Part shown: positions 40,372-62,860 of the stretch, in pieces
Position numbering within the stretch: position 1 is the first letter of the stretch
How the letters are laid out: each line of letters starts with the position of its first letter
Source of the DNA: the human T2T-CHM13v2.0 reference genome, Homo sapiens
NCBI RefSeq assembly: GCF_009914755.1
Contig: NC_060931.1
DNA length: 64,000 bases
Strand: one strand, 5' to 3'
Translations under genes and position numbers: made by a program
Notes under the pieces: generated by a model
Database searches by the model: none
Seen by the model: only the letters and a program-made list of their open reading frames with translations
Told to the model about the DNA's origin: nothing

Positions 40372-41684
40372 AAGCGTGATGTAATCTTCCACATCATCTC
40401 AAGTGAGGTGAGTTTGTAAATAGGTCAACACAAAAAAAAAGGGGAGGAGGGAAGGAAAGGAGGGAGAAAAATGGGATTAATGGAAGAGGGAGAGAGATAA
40501 GAAAAAGTGCACGGTGGGGGTAAACTGGAACTAAGTAAATTTAATGTCTGATACACTCAATTCCTTCCTAGAGATCATTCTGAAGACCCAACCTTGCGTT
40601 TCTGGAGCCTCTGCAAAAAGAGGCTCAAATCCTCAAATCCCCTGAAGGACAAGGATGGTAACTCCAGGAAACTACCACACACATGGTTGAGAGCTTAAAA
40701 AACCCCACACCAGGTGCTGGAGGGGCAAAGATGAACAGCTGCCTCGTGGGGCACCACTGCATCCCTAGGCTCTTCTGAAATGTTCTGGCTAGATTCCTTG
40801 CACAAGGCCAGCTCTGGCCCCTGAAACTCTTCCATCCACACAAGTAGAATCATTTGCTAATCACATCGGAGTCACTTGATGAAGTCTAAGTCATGCACAG
40901 GCTCAGCAATCTACTTTTAAACGTCGTAAACATGCATTTTCATCTCTGCAGATCACTATGAACTACCACCAGGAGCACTTGTCAACCTACAAATATATAC
41001 CATAATGACAAGTAGTAACTATTTCACTTGAGACGTTTGAATCTTGACAAAGTGAAAAAATTTTTTAAAGTTGAAAACAGGACTTGTAAAAATACAGAAT
41101 AAATATATGTCAAGATTTACTCAACTCAATAATGAAGAAACCGGCAAAAAAATAAGGCTGATCCAAAGAGAGCTGATGGAGAAGGTGTTTCTAGCCTTTG
41201 AAAATTTTAGTATAAAATTGCTAGGTTACATGCAAAGCTGGTTAATGTCCTAAAATGTGTAACACATAGGGTTCTTTTTTCCACTAGACATCTACTGCCA
41301 AAAATCTAAACACTAACACACAACTTCCCAGTGTCTAGACTCTAATTAAGAGTAAAAAACAAAAGTTAAAGAAGTTCTCCTGAATAAATAATCCTTGTTC
41401 AGGTTTATTTATTTTAAAAATGTTCCAATATGACATTGAAAGGATATGCTGCTCTACTTGGTTGCCTTATTTTCAAGTTTTAAATAATTTTTCTTAACCC
41501 ATTGGCTATAATTCTACACATTTCAAAGAAAGGAGAATACAGCTATGATTTGAGCCAGTTTCAGTTACAAATACAGATATCTTTCCATTGCTTTTCCTCT
41601 TTTCAATTAGAAGGTCATCCTTAAATCAGACCTCTGAATTTCTTACAGTAAAACAAATGTTTGAGTTATTATGGGAAAATTTTT

Positions 41685-41770
41685 GTGTGTGTTTGTGTGT
41701 AGAGACTTTTCTCTCCTGTAATTCTTTTTATTATTAAATATCAGGTATTATAGGGTATAAGCCAGTGTTC
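41685..41770 (-). mobile_element. Probable 3' transduction carried by L1-C (70 bp unique plus decayed second tail)
   Basis: Lies between the L1 poly(A) (41771-41788) and the TSD copy tgggaaaattttt (41672-41684); minus-strand AATAAA at 41727-41732. Confidence 0.7.
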
Positions 41771-47928
<6,158 letters not shown>

Positions 47929-48086
47929 TGGGAAAAAATTTTTTTAACCTGCCACTTCAAATGTTCAAATTGAGTCACTTTAGATGTCCTGAAAAAAATG
48001 TATTGTTAAGATTTGCGAGCATTCTAACGAAGGGGATAATCACACTAAGAAATTAAGACATTTCAAAATTTCAAGCTTTTGCTTTT

Positions 48087-48217
48087 TCTTTTTACATTTT
48101 CACTTTTTTTCCCACATCAGATGGGTCACGTGCCGACATCATCACAAGATTTGAGGGAGGCACATGTCACACATGAATGTGAAAACCCAATCATCACACT
48201 TAGGAACCAACAGGAAG
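48087..48217 (-). pseudogene. Retroposed U13 (SNORD13-family) C/D-box snoRNA copy
   Basis: Minus strand ...gttcctaagtGTGATGAttgggttttcacattcatgtgtgacatgtgcctccctcaaatcttgtgatgatgtcggcacgtgacccatCTGA aligns to U13. A-rich tail 48087-48110; perfect 13-bp TSD agcttttgctttt (48074-48086 / 48218-48230). Confidence 0.9.
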
Positions 48218-48312
48218 AGCTTTTGCTTTTGACTTGGCATTTTGGCTTACGAGCACAGTGAACGTCCACAATTCTCATCTGAAACACTAAAAATTCTAGA
48301 AATTATATTTAA

Positions 48313-48675
<363 letters not shown>

Positions 48676-48989
48676 TAAATTTGGGTAGAATTTCACAATG
48701 AATGGCATCTTTCAATTGCAGTCAGATGGACAGCAGTCGCAAAGCAATTTTCATGTGTGAATATTTAAAAATTCAGCATTGAATTGAATTAGCAGAATGG
48801 GTCTCAGCAACTGTAATGAAAACCCTGAGATATACCAGAGCAGTTACTAACCCTAGGCACCAAATGGTGGTTGGAAGTGCTGGGATCTGTTCCTCTACAT
48901 TTCCAGCCCAGCAACAGTCAGAATTGTGTTAACATGACAAAATTGCAGTGGTAAACAGCTTAAGAACTCAGCATTAGTGAACTAACTTA

Positions 48990-49338
48990 CTCTTTTATTT
49001 CCTTCTTTTTCTTTTTCTTTCTCTCTCTCTTTCTCCTTCCTTGCTTGCTTTTTTTTTTTTTTGTCAGAGTCTCACTCTGTCACCCAGGCAGGAGTACAGC
49101 AGCGCTGTCTCAGCTCACTGTCTCTGCCTCCCAGGTTCAAGCGATTCTTGTGCCTCAGCCTCGCAAGTAGCTGGGATTACAGGCATGTGCCACCTTGCTG
49201 GGCTAATTTTTATATTTTTAGTAGAGACGGGGTTTCAACATGTTGGACAGACTAGTCTCAAACTCATGGCCTCAAGTGATCTACCCACCTTGGCCTGCCA
49301 AAGTGCTGGGATTACAGGTGTGGGCACCATGCCTGGCT
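48990..49338 (-). mobile_element. Older Alu (AluJ/S) with a CT-rich extended tail
   Basis: Pyrimidine tract 48990-49062 followed by Alu reverse complement. Confidence 0.9.
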
Positions 49339-49856
49339 GAACTTTCATTTTATAAATTTATTTTTCCCAGAAACTTTGTAGAAGATGTTAATGCAAAATA
49401 AACAAAAAAATTCTTTTAAAACTATTTCACCAATATTCTTTATAGCACAAAGGGCAAATTGCGTGGCAAAATAGAGACACTGAAGTCTTGAGTTGAAAGT
49501 GATTCAGAAGACTTAAACTTTCTTGTACAGAAGTTTCAGGAGTAAAACTTACCTGATGTATTTTTCTTGTATTTTTTATATGTTTATAAGACTGTTAAAT
49601 GATAAATGCCTATATATTGTTAAGTCCAGAAGAGTTCTTTCAATAAATATATTTTAAAAATATATTAGATACACTCAATTCCTTCCTAAGAGATCATTTA
49701 AATAACAGGAGGTGCTGGGAAATAGTTTAACTGGCTAGGTTTCTTTTTCTCAGTTGTACATAAAATGTGTATCTACCAATCAGTGGCGTCATGGGCAATA
49801 AAATATGGACATAAAAATATAGATACAGCAGCAGTATTTAAATATCTGATTTCTAG

Positions 49857-50227
<371 letters not shown>

Positions 50228-53200
50228 GCCTTTCTCTTCTAATACATTTTAGACTGATGGGAAGCAATAAAGGATCTAGCTTAGAGAGCTACTTATACCC
50301 CATCAACTTCTAAACACCATCAGATTCAATCCAAAGACTAAAAATCAACAAAATTCACCAAGTTGGGTCTTTTGTTTTTGAATTTTGTACTATTATCTGT
50401 TCAACATACAAGTAAAGTTAGTAAAAATATTTTAAAAATAAAAATTTGTCATTTGGAAGAACATAGTTTTGACATTTAAAAGATACAAGCTGGACAATAA
50501 TAGAAGCTAGGAGTTATCAGAGCCTCCAATGACTATCCTGTAAGAAAATGTTCAAAGACAGAGCTGACTTAGAGTGAGTACACTCTCTGGAGGAAAAGAA
50601 AAAGCAATTCCATATGGAGAGTTTTAATTTTAGATGGCTTCTCTTGTCAACTTCATTTCTGTTCCTCCCCTTCGTTGAAAATCGCTGTTCTCAGAAATTG
50701 TGTAAAGGGTTGAGGGTGGAGAGAGAATTGTCTGTGCTTACATTAAAAAAAAAAAAAGTCATCTCAAACTGAAGTCCTCTTCTGAGGCACTTAAGATAGT
50801 TCAAGAAGAGAAATTTACCCTCAATATCTAGGAAATGTTCTCTCTGTATTTCTCTGAACATAAGAAAGTCTAAGTGAGACATTTCAAGACATCCTTCATT
50901 TCATTTCCTCCCTGCATTCCTATCCAAAAGGCCAAAACACCAAAACTAGCTTATTATTCCTGCTATTCTTTCATAGACTTCATCAGCTGAATGCAGAAAA
51001 AGTAAGATTTGCTGTAAATGGAGGAGCTAAGCTACTATCAGAAGGTACTAATAACCTTGATTAGGATATTAGAGTCTATAGATAGTGGTCAAAGGGCTTG
51101 TCTTAGGCAAGTACATTGCCGACAATACCAGAAATAGAACTCAAGCCAACTACTCGATTTCCAAGTAGTACATTTATATGTTACGCTGAGAAGGAAAATT
51201 GCTATCTTCCTTACAACATTGAAGCTAAAAAAAAATTTGTTCCATGTACGGGTATAAGTACTGCATGCTTGATACAGCAAACAGAGGTTTCCATTGACTA
51301 TTTTCATTGAGTCCAAATTTCCCTTAACTAGCAGACGGCTCTTACTCATCTCAGCAAGCTCCTAGCAGATTGACTTTTTACTGTGCAAGGAGTAGAAGTC
51401 AGCAGGGAACTCGGATCCTGAAACAATAAGAAAATTGAGTTGAGATGGATATGTAAGAACCTTCTGTTATAGTAAACAACGTTCACAAGACTTGACTTTC
51501 CTCTTCAACGAAATGTGAAATAGCATTTCCTGTATCTTAATTTAATCTGCCTAATAAAATGTTTATAAATGGATTACATCATCTGCAACTGCACAGAATT
51601 TAAGGCAAACTCACTTAACTCTAGAGATGCACTCTTTGAAATTGTATTTAGAGACTATGTGATATCCCGTATTCTCTGTCCTGGCCAGTATGGACCAGCA
51701 CCTAGGACTGCAGGCCACCTCTTCTTATTCATGCTATACCATCTTCTGGCCCAAAGTGACCATGTGAGGTTCCAAGAAAAAGGACCATTGAGGGAGTACA
51801 AGCCACGTCACAGAGATCCCCACTGATGGAAGGAAGCAATGGAGTAGATGGCCAAAAACTCTTTGAATGTTATTTCAAATCTGCCTCGGATTATACATTG
51901 GACCTATTATAAGGGAATTTATTTCAAATTAAGTAGTGAAGCTACATTGCAAAAGCACAGATAGCTCCTAGTCCATGCTGCTGTTTCTGAGTGAATAACT
52001 AAATAAGTGAGCCTGAAGGGGTTTCAGCACAGTCCAAGTTTTCCCTCTCTCTGACCTTCTCCTCCAGCCCCATGGCAGCGTCTTGAGGAGATGTAACTCA
52101 AAACATAAACCCAAGGTGAAATTCTTCTTGATCAAAGCCTGTTAAGCTCAAAACTTATATAGAGAAGAGAAAAGAAATATTTTCTTTTTAAAAGGTCTCT
52201 CTTTCCTCTTCAGCCTCTACTGAGAACCACCACCCCAAACCTGAAAGCCCCAAACAGACAGTGTCTGCTCGGCTGGCTTTAGTGAGGTTAGACAAAGATA
52301 AACCACATGGTGATGGCTGCCCCAAGCCCCAGCAATTCCAAGAATTACTAACTGAATCCATGGCCACATCAGCCCATCTTCTGGTGAAGCTAACGTCATC
52401 TGGCTTGTGTCCTGAATAATACCTTAGTGATTATCTGAAGATCACTGATACTCAGCCCTGCTCTCTCTTTGCCTTGAATCTGCCCAATTACCTCATCAAA
52501 TTCCTTAACGTATTAAATGAAACCATGACTGGGGGGCTTAAATCTTTAGTCTTCTGCCCTTCCCCATTCTACCCCAACTTATTTTACACATCTCAAGCAA
52601 ATGAGAGCATCCATTCTATGCTTAATACCCTCCCACTTCCTTTTTCCTATAAAGATGCCCAGCGGTCATCTCACGTTTTTGTTAATCACTACACAACACC
52701 AAAGCCAAGAAAAGGACGAGATTCACTGCAACACTCATTCACGGAGGCAAACCTACTTCACTATGAATCTCTGTTCATTGTGTTTGGGGTTTAGAGAACT
52801 CTATTTAGGGGTCTAGTTTAATCACCAAAAATCGAGCCCCCTAAGATTAAAATGTTTTCTGATGATTTCTAAACAGCCGACGCAGGCATTGTGCCTAAAG
52901 AGGAAAGGGTCAGTTTGCCCCTGGGCTCCTGGACACATCAGCATGAAGCTTCAGAACTCATCAGCCATCTGTATCGAGCGGGCTATCTGAGGATGCATGT
53001 CAGAGCTCTTGTAATCCAGCATCCAGCAATTGAGCTTAAGTGTCACTCCTGGCTAGATATCCAGGCATGCCCCGTGCCCACTAGGTCCCATGGGTACAAC
53101 AAACTCCAGGCACCAGTACATGATGTTATTCATTGAACGGCACTCACTTTATGATCTGTGGCTGGCACACTGTTAATTACATGGCAAGGAGAGGTCAATA

Positions 53201-53988
53201 TCAAGCTAAAATGGAACCCAGCTGTCCCACAATATAATCACGTCCACCTGAGACACTGAGCCGTCACCTTTAAATCACTTGTAAGCACTAGCTTTCATAG
53301 CCTCTCTTCTATCAATAAGCCACACCACAAATGCAGTCCCTGAATCCTGCAGTTTTTCAGCATAAAGCGACATTTTCTTAGCACACTCCAAATTTAAAGC
53401 CTATTTTCTCAATAAAAGAGGAAAGGGGTTAAGAATGGTAAAAAATCAATGGCGAAGTGGGACCCGAGATAAAGTGGAGGGGGCAGAGAGAAAGGTGATA
53501 TAGAAAAAAGGAGTGGAAGGGAAAAAAGGAAGGCGGGAAAAGAAAAGAGAAACAGCATTTGAAACACTGCAAAGAGAAAATGATCAGCAGAATAATAAGG
53601 AGACAAAGAAAAGGAGTGAAAGAAAAATAGGTTGGGTAGTTTGGTGAGATGAGCATATCCATAGTGTTTGTTCCTTCCAAATTTTGAATACGGGCTTCAT
53701 AGCAAGCTGTTCACTACTACCAACACCTTGTGCAATGCAAATTAGTCACTACCAAATCTCTACATTTGTCTGCAAATTTTCAATGTCCAGTTGGAACGGC
53801 ATGCCAATAGTAACACATCACAGAAAGTATTGTCAGGCTGCAGAGTCAGTCCTCCCCTTAGGACAGCTGAAACCAAACAGCAGTTGAGACGGGCGGCCCA
53901 CCATGGAGTTACACCCAGGGTCACCTTCCAACAGGTTTCTTAACCCTCTGGGGACACTTGGCTTTCACTCTTCCCCATGCCCAACTCA

Positions 53989-54433
<445 letters not shown>

Positions 54434-56425
54434 TCAGATTAGACACAAGAAAGAACTTTCAAGTGATGTTTGGAATGATATACAGGAGATCGTGGCTGGT
54501 TCTACAACAGTCTTTGGATATAGCTGAGAATATGCTGTCATTTACTAGAGATAATAATTTCAGTATAGCCTACAATGGGCTAGGCAAATTAATTTCAGAA
54601 TGACCTTTAACATCTCAACAATTTCCCAAGCTCCCCAAAGACTCATCGACTGTTATACTTTCACTGTCATTTCCTAGAAAAGCTTCCTCAGAATCCTAAC
54701 AATACTTTCAAAGAAAAGGACTGCTTCCTTATTGTCACCTCCTCCCTATGCATTGACAAAGTACTTTCTTATAAATGACAATGTGCTAAAAATAGTCACA
54801 AATAAAACAAAACAAAAAGCAACATATAGCCTAACGACCATGAAAGTCTCCAAATATTTTGGTCTATCGCAGTGAGATAACTGAAAAGGAAACAGAAAGC
54901 TGTAAGAATAAAAATGTACAATATAATATTGCTTACAAAAATACTAGAACATTGAATGTCCAGTACTTAAAAATATCAAAATATATACAATGCATCAACC
55001 CAATGGAATGAACAGCCATAAAAGTAATTGTGGTATAACAATATGAAAAAGTGCTTGTGAGATAATGCTTCAAGTAAAACATAGAATAATCTTTTCCCTC
55101 CTATTACAATTATTTGACCATTTACAAAATGACCAAAAACTGGAAGCAAACAGAAAACAAAAATAACTAACGGATGCACTGTCATGGAAACATGGAACAC
55201 ATTTTCTTTTATTTCTCTATTACTTTTATGCTGATATTGGTTGCAGTAAACAAAAGTTAGAAGACAAAGTAAAGAAGGGAAAAGGAAAACACAGTTATAG
55301 CTTTTAGACGACTATGTAATCAACGTCAGACAATACTGGCATAGACCAATATGGAAGACACAGCTCAATGCCTAAGTACGGATATGGTGTAGCCATTAAA
55401 AATGCTTAGGAAGGACTGTAGATGTATCTTCCAGTGGGAAAAGTGACCCAGCAGAAATGGACATTGTATGTTACAAACTAGATAAAAGGTGGGAAGAAGA
55501 GTTTCCAGTGGAACTGAAATTAAGAGCTTCAAGGAATTAAAGAAGACCACCTTTCCAATTAGACACTCTCAGAATGAGAACTCTAAACATAGCATGTTCT
55601 AGCAGAAGATTGTCAGATAAAGCAAATCTGAGATTTCATTTTCTGTGCCCTGTCAAGAAAACTTTCTGCTATGAGTGGCTTGTAAAACTCATGATACTCC
55701 ACTCTGTGTCAATGGTTGCCAAACACATTCACACATAAAGCAAAATATACTAGCAATTAAAAACATCATGAGCACAAGAAAGTACAAAGAAGTGGCATGG
55801 GAATAGTGCTTCTTTCAATAGTTCTCAAACTTCAGAGCTAATTAAATTTCTTTGTTTTCCCCAATTGGAAGCATAGTAATTAGTAATATTCAAGTTACAG
55901 CACAATAATTTAAAATGTATTCTGAGAATAATTTGAATTAAATCTTAGGAAATAAACAAAAGTGACCTTCCTTCTAAAGACTGACTTTATTTTGAAAACT
56001 ATTTGTATTTGTTTTCCTCTGTTATGTGTCGCATTTCATTCCTGTCACTCTGTGTTCAAGAGGACACTACTTAAAGATTTCTAATTTAGTGTGTACCTAA
56101 TGAGAGAAAGCTAGAGAGTGATTGCTCCAGCTGCTGGGTGGTCATGGATTGATTAAGGTTTGTGGATTACTCTGGCCCTTCTTTTCCTTGACTCACTGCT
56201 TACTATGTGGTATATACTGGGACCTAGAGAGGTCATCAGTGAAGGGAAATTAGATAAAATCTGTATCTATGTTACTCTTTGTATTTGAAGGGGAGGTTTA
56301 CTTTATAGATTGAAATCAGCTTTCTAAAATATCCACAGATCCATCAAACCAAATAAATGCCCCTCCCCCAAACTCAAGACAGCCAATGCATGATTCAGGA
56401 GGGAGTTAGGCACTGGGGAACTTCC

Positions 56426-56535
56426 TGTGATGGTTAATTGTACATGTCAACTTGCCTGGGCCAAGGAACACCCAGATAGCTGGTGAAGCATTATCTCGGT
56501 GTGTCTGTGAGTGTGTTTCTGGGAGGGATTAGCAG
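56426..56535 (+). mobile_element. MLT2 (ERVL) LTR 5' fragment
   Basis: tgtgatggttaattgtacatgtcaacttg...cccagatagctggt...gtgtctgtgagtgtgtttc. Confidence 0.8.
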
Positions 56536-57046
<511 letters not shown>

Positions 57047-57129
57047 TTAATTAGAAAAAAAAACAGTATTAGCACCATAGAAAGATATTTAAAACCACAC
57101 AATAGTAGAGAATAAAAATTGTAAAAGTC

Positions 57130-57600
57130 AGGAGAGACGTACCTCCTCATACGAGGTGGCAAGGCACCTTGCCTCTGTAAGTTTCTCTCCAAAAACCTAT
57201 AACCCCAGTCTAATCATGAGAAATATGAGACAAACCCAAACTGAAGAACAGTCTACAAAACACATGACCAGACTTGCTAGGAAATATCAAGGCCATTAAA
57301 AATAAGGAAAGACTGAGAAGCTGTCGCAGGTTGAATGAGACTATAACTAAATGCTACCTGGGATCTGAGGAAAGAAAAGGACATCAGGGAAAAACCTGGT
57401 GAAATCCTAAAACACTCTGCTGTTTGGTTAACAGGATCACACACTGTTAATATTTGGTTTTGATAAATATACTTTGTGTAAGACATAATGTGTATGATAT
57501 TAGCATTGCCGGAAGCTAGGTAAAGGGAACAGGGTAACACTCTGTACTATGGCTGCGACAGTTCAGTCAACCCCAAATTATTTCCAAATAGATAGCTTAA
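57130..57600 (+). mobile_element. Ancient L1M (L1MC/L1ME-type) 3' fragments
   Basis: aaaaacctataaccccagtctaatcatgagaaa...caaacccaaactga; boundaries approximate. Confidence 0.55.
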
Positions 57601-57710
57601 GAAAAAAAGGCAACAGATAATTTTTTTCTTAGAGGGAACAGACTGGCGAGGGGAATTTTGTTCATGTGGCTTAAAAGTAATCCAAATTTAATCTGAATGT
57701 TTGCATATAG

Positions 57711-58011
<301 letters not shown>

Positions 58012-58789
58012 TTGCATATAGCTCTTTCAACTTTAAAAACAAAAGGCAAAATATTTTAGGAAAAGCTGAATTATCAAATACATGTGAATGGGGAAAGAGG
58101 AACAAAGACTTGGGCAAGGCTGGCTACATGGAAACAGTAGAAAGAAAGAATCACTTCCTTGGATCTGCTGCTAAGATAAGCTGTACATTAATAATCATGT
58201 ACACAAAAGAAATCAGCAACATATCAAAATTGAGATTGTCAATTTATTCTCAAGGTAGCGAGGTGCTTTTGCTTGGCAGAGGGAAGTTACACAGCGAGGT
58301 AAAGAGAAGAATTCATCCTTCTAGGCAAAGTGTGCAGGAGCCCAGTAGGCAGCCTGGGGAATTTTTCACCATGCCATAGAAGACTGACTTAATTATCTTA
58401 AGAATTTACATTGTAAATTGTCATTTTCTCACTCAGCATCTGACAAGTGAATGAACATAAAGCAAATTCCATTTTGCCACACAATATGAAAGAATGATTT
58501 TTAACCCAAAGGGCTGCACAATGTGCTTCTGCATCACCATCTTCCAGTCTTGAAGCCATAAACCTCCCATTCTATGATGCCCGAAACTAAAGGAATAGCA
58601 GCAGATTTTCCATGGTCTTCAGGAAACTGACCCTCATATCACTATAGCCCACAGAATTGGGACAGCTTTACAATGTAAGGCTGAAAAATGCCGTCTCCGT
58701 GCCATCACTGGTTTTTGTAGGGGTAATAGGATAATCAATGCTCCTAAGTTTAGCATGTGGAAATCAGGACCCATTTTCCCTTGGGAGGG

Positions 58790-59550
58790 AGATGATATAT
58801 AAGAACTTGAATCTAATCATGAAAAGCATTAGCCAAATCCAAATTGAGAGAGATGATGCACAAAACCATGGTCTGTATTCTCCTAGAAATGTCAAGGTCA
58901 AAGAACACACAGAAAGGCAAAGCACTATTCCAGATCAAAGGAGAGCAAAAAGAAAGACAGCTAAATCCGCACAGGATGGAGGACTGCATCCTCGTCTAGG
59001 AAAGAATAAGTGTAAAGGAAATTTGATGAATTTTGAGTCATGACTGTGGATTAGACAATAGAATTGTATGAATGTTACATTTTCAGGTTTTTATAATTGT
59101 ACAATAGGGCCATATTAGCAAATACGTACCTACTAAGTATTTAGTGCTAAAGGGACACAATGTCTCCAGCATGCTCTAAAGTGTTTTTTTGGGGAAAAAT
59201 ATGTATATATACACACACACATATGCACATATGCACACACATATGCGCACACACACACACACACACATGCACACGCAAACAGAGAAAGAGAGAAAGCAAA
59301 CACCAGGGAGGAAATGAGGCAAAACATCAACAGTGAATATATCTGGTGGAAGGTTATGCAGAGTTCCTTGTACAATTCTTGTAATTTTTTTCCTAGGTTA
59401 AAATCATATCAAAATAGAAACTCAAAAAAATGATTTTTGGAACTAGATAGTGGGTGATTGTGCAATATTATAAATGTACTAAATGAAATGTCTACTTTAA
59501 CATGCTTAATTTTATGTTATGTGAATTTTACCTCAGTAAGAATAAAAATA
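58790..59550 (+). mobile_element. Ancient L1M fragments containing a (CA)n repeat (59205-59278)
   Basis: ttgaatctaatcatga...ccaaatccaaattgag...aatgtcaaggtcaaag; ttatgttatgtgaattttacctcag. Confidence 0.55.
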
Positions 59551-60094
59551 ATAACGACAGTCCCAAGAGACTCTCCATAATTCCAGGGGTCACAGTTGCC
59601 TGGACTCAAAATGGGGACAAGTGAGAGGCATAAAGTGTTAGATGGCAAACCATCAGCATGCCCAGTGGCCACAAGGCAGCCTCCCTAAAACAGGGGTCAA
59701 CTTTTTGTCCTGAGAACCGTCTCTGAAACTACTCCAAGGTAGTACTCCAGGCTAAGTCACCGAGAAGGAGGATGCCCGCCTCATCCCTGCAGGGTGGGGT
59801 TACACCACACCTGCCCTCTCTGTGGGCTACTCTTCACATTTTAATTAAATCATCGGGCATTTCCTGAGGCAGCTCTGTCTTGTATTTGCAGATTGGATGG
59901 CCTTTGAGCGTCCTTGTATAAGCCAAGACTTTTGACAGAAATGCAATCCTAGTTACAGAAACAAGAGGCCAATTTATATGAAACTGAACTGGGAGATACA
60001 TATAAAGACCATTAAACACAGGACATAATACCACATTCCACAAGTAAAGAAATTCTCAATAAATATTTGTCAAAAAAAGAAAGCAGGAATGTAT

Positions 60095-60230
60095 TGCAGT
60101 CCTCATATCACAGATGAGTATGTGATGCTCAGAGAGGTTAAGTATTTTGCCCAGGGTCACACAGCTAGTAAGTGCCTAAACTGAGGTTTGATTGCAGGTC
60201 AGCTGACTAAAGTCAGTACTTTGAACAATG
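60095..60230. mobile_element. MIR fragment
   Basis: cagatgag...gctcagagaggttaagtattttgcccagggtcacacagctagtaagtg. Confidence 0.7.
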
Positions 60231-60902
60231 GCCTCTGATTACTACCATGTTTCTTTGAGAAAATATGGTGTAACTTATGGTTGCAACAGGCATTGCTGAT
60301 TACTGCATCCCTAGCAAAGGAAATAGTTATTTTCTCAGTAGAGAAAAGAACACAGAATACACATAAAACTCCTGCTTAGAAAGTACCAAATATTTCAAAT
60401 GTGTATGCCAACATATAAGCTGTATTTCCTCCCTCCAATTGCCCCCCTCTCAAATAAGAAAAAAAAAAATTAAAAACACATTTACATCCGTTTTGCCCAA
60501 ACTTGGATCAGGCTTGGAAGGTAAGAGGTGACCAGCTAAGGCATGGGGTTTGGTGTGGGCTTCCCACCGCCCCGAGGCTCCTAAGTCCAAAGGCATGGGA
60601 AGGTGCTGCCCCCTGGTGACGACATGAGGTAATCAGCTCAGCACAGTGAAAACTAGAGCTTCACATCCTCTCAGAGTTTGGTAACATCGGTAGAGTTTTA
60701 TACACCGGCAGATACGGTAGGGCAGATTCTAAGCAATCACTCAGTGTAACAATCACAATCCCACCCCATTCACTTGCACTTAAATGTGCTCTTGAGGCAG
60801 GGAGAGAAAATGGCAGCAGAACAGCTCTCAGCACATATAAGGTGGAAAAAGGCTAAAAATGACAACATAGGAAGATCATGAGTGCTCTTGTGCTCTCTCT
60901 AC

Positions 60903-60976
60903 TTTTTTTTTTTTTTTTTTTTTTTTTGAGACGGAGTCTCGCTTGGTTGCCCACGCTGGAGTGCAATGGCACGATC
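60903..60976 (-). mobile_element. Severely 5'-truncated Alu (T25 plus ~50 bp), followed by a CT-rich repeat to about 61046
   Basis: tttgagacggagtctcgc...ctggagtgcaatggcacgatc, then (CT)-rich sequence. Confidence 0.85.
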
Positions 60977-62344
60977 GGTCTCGCTCTCCTTCTTTCTCTC
61001 TTTCTCTCTCTCTCTCCCTCCCCCTCCTCTCTCTCTTCTCTCTCCCTTGACAAGCGCTTTTTCATTTGCATTCCTGAGTTCTCTTAACCTTTTACTTAGA
61101 GAGGTGCAGTATGGTTTAGAGTAAATAAATTTAAAAAGCCAAGAGGCTTGGGAATGATACAATTATCACTGAATTCTGGTGTCCCTTCTTACCCCGTGTG
61201 AGACTCTGGGCAGGTTACTTAACCTCAGTATAGTATTTTTAGATATAAAACCAGGGACAAAACATCTATTTCACCAGTTAGCTGCAAGAAGAGTGTGTCA
61301 AACATGGTGGAGGGGCCCTCATAGGTGGTAAGTATACAAACAATGTTTAGTTCCTCTTTCCCTCTAGGCTGGCACTCCATAAGGATGGCTCATACCTTTG
61401 CTATGCTCTTCTTTTTTTTCCTGGAGAAACCCTATAAAAATGTCAAAAAGGACTAACACACGGAAGCTAGGTTTGAAATGCAGAGACCAGCTTGCATGGA
61501 GTCAAAGTGATTGGTGTGTTGATACACTAGAACAATTTTAAATGGAAATAGTTTAGGAGCAGACATCCTAAAAACTGCCCAGAAGGCCTAATGAAGGAAG
61601 AGAAGCTGCTGAAGAGGAGGACGATCTGGCACAGAAGGAGGAGGAAGGAGGAGGAAGAACAGGTCTATCGAGAGTGAGCAACACGTTCATTTTCACAGCA
61701 ACTAAATACATCAAACAAAAATAAACCCCGGCTGTAAAGAAACATAGTAAACATTCTGCCAGTGTATGTGGTAAATAACATTGTTTCAGTAATTAGTGCC
61801 ATTTTTTATACACTGCCCCTAAAGTATTTACAATAAGGATGTGACAATGAGGAGGAAGAGGCAGGGGGAGAAGAGGAGGGAACCAGAGCCCCAAAGCTTT
61901 ATTTGTTCGTGCACTACACATGAATCCAACTTTTATCAGGGGAAGAGATAAGAAAGGCCTAGAAAAGCTGACCTCCTGTTACTCAGGACCCAGAAGAGAG
62001 AGAGAGAAATAGGGAGGTAAACTGGAATTTTCTCTATAAAGCACAACAGCACAGATGTGCTCACAGCAGGACAGAAGTAGCAGGAAAGAGGGAAGGGCCA
62101 TAGTCTATGTCCCCCACCTCCCTCAACTTTCTCACTTCACTAAGTATATTCCAGACTTTTTTTTTTCTCAAGGCCAAAGAGAATAAGGTTTAGAAGATGA
62201 AAAGGTGGATAGAATTGTCCTATCTGCTTCGATTTCACTGGTAAACGTATAATAAAATAAAGGCAAAATACCTTATCTTTACCCTTATATAATAATAATA
62301 GCTTACATTTATAAAAGATCTATTATATATTGTTACATACAACT

Positions 62345-62860
62345 TCAGAAATTTTATTTTTTGTTTCTAGAATTTCCATTTGGTTGCTTCCTACTGTTTT
62401 CCATTTCTCTACCAACACCTCTAATTTCTCTGCTAAGATTCTCATTCATTGAAAACATGGTTTGTTTTTCTCATTGGGGATAGTTATCACAGTCGTTTTG
62501 AACCTTTTGTCTGTTAGTTTCAACATCTGGTTCATCTGAGAGCTGGAGTTGATTTTCTTTTGTCCTCATTCTCCATGATCTGGGAATTTTGGATTCTTTT
62601 CCAGATATTATGAATGTTAGGTGGTGAAGATTCTGGATTCTGTTTTTTCTCCAATGAGTGTTGCTTCCTTTGTTTTAGCAGATAGTTCTCTTGTCTGTGC
62701 ACAAACTGCAAACTGTTTCCAGGGCTACAAGTCTGGTCTTAGTGAGATCTTCTGTCCATAGCTAGGTTGCTTTGAGTAGGCTCCATGCATGTGTGGTTCA
62801 GAGTCAGAGATGTGGGGAGACACGGTTTAGGGGCACCCTCTCTGGCTACCTTTGTGTTCT
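62345..62860 (-). mobile_element. Ancient L1M-like fragment
   Basis: T-rich ttctagaatttccatttggtt...tttgtctgttagtttcaacatctgg pattern typical of old reverse L1. Confidence 0.4.

Noticed and set aside
53470-53630. Purine-rich tracts (also 40430-40510 and 61590-61660) as coding or structural elements
   Set aside because: Low-complexity sequence with no splice-flanked frame; common in introns.
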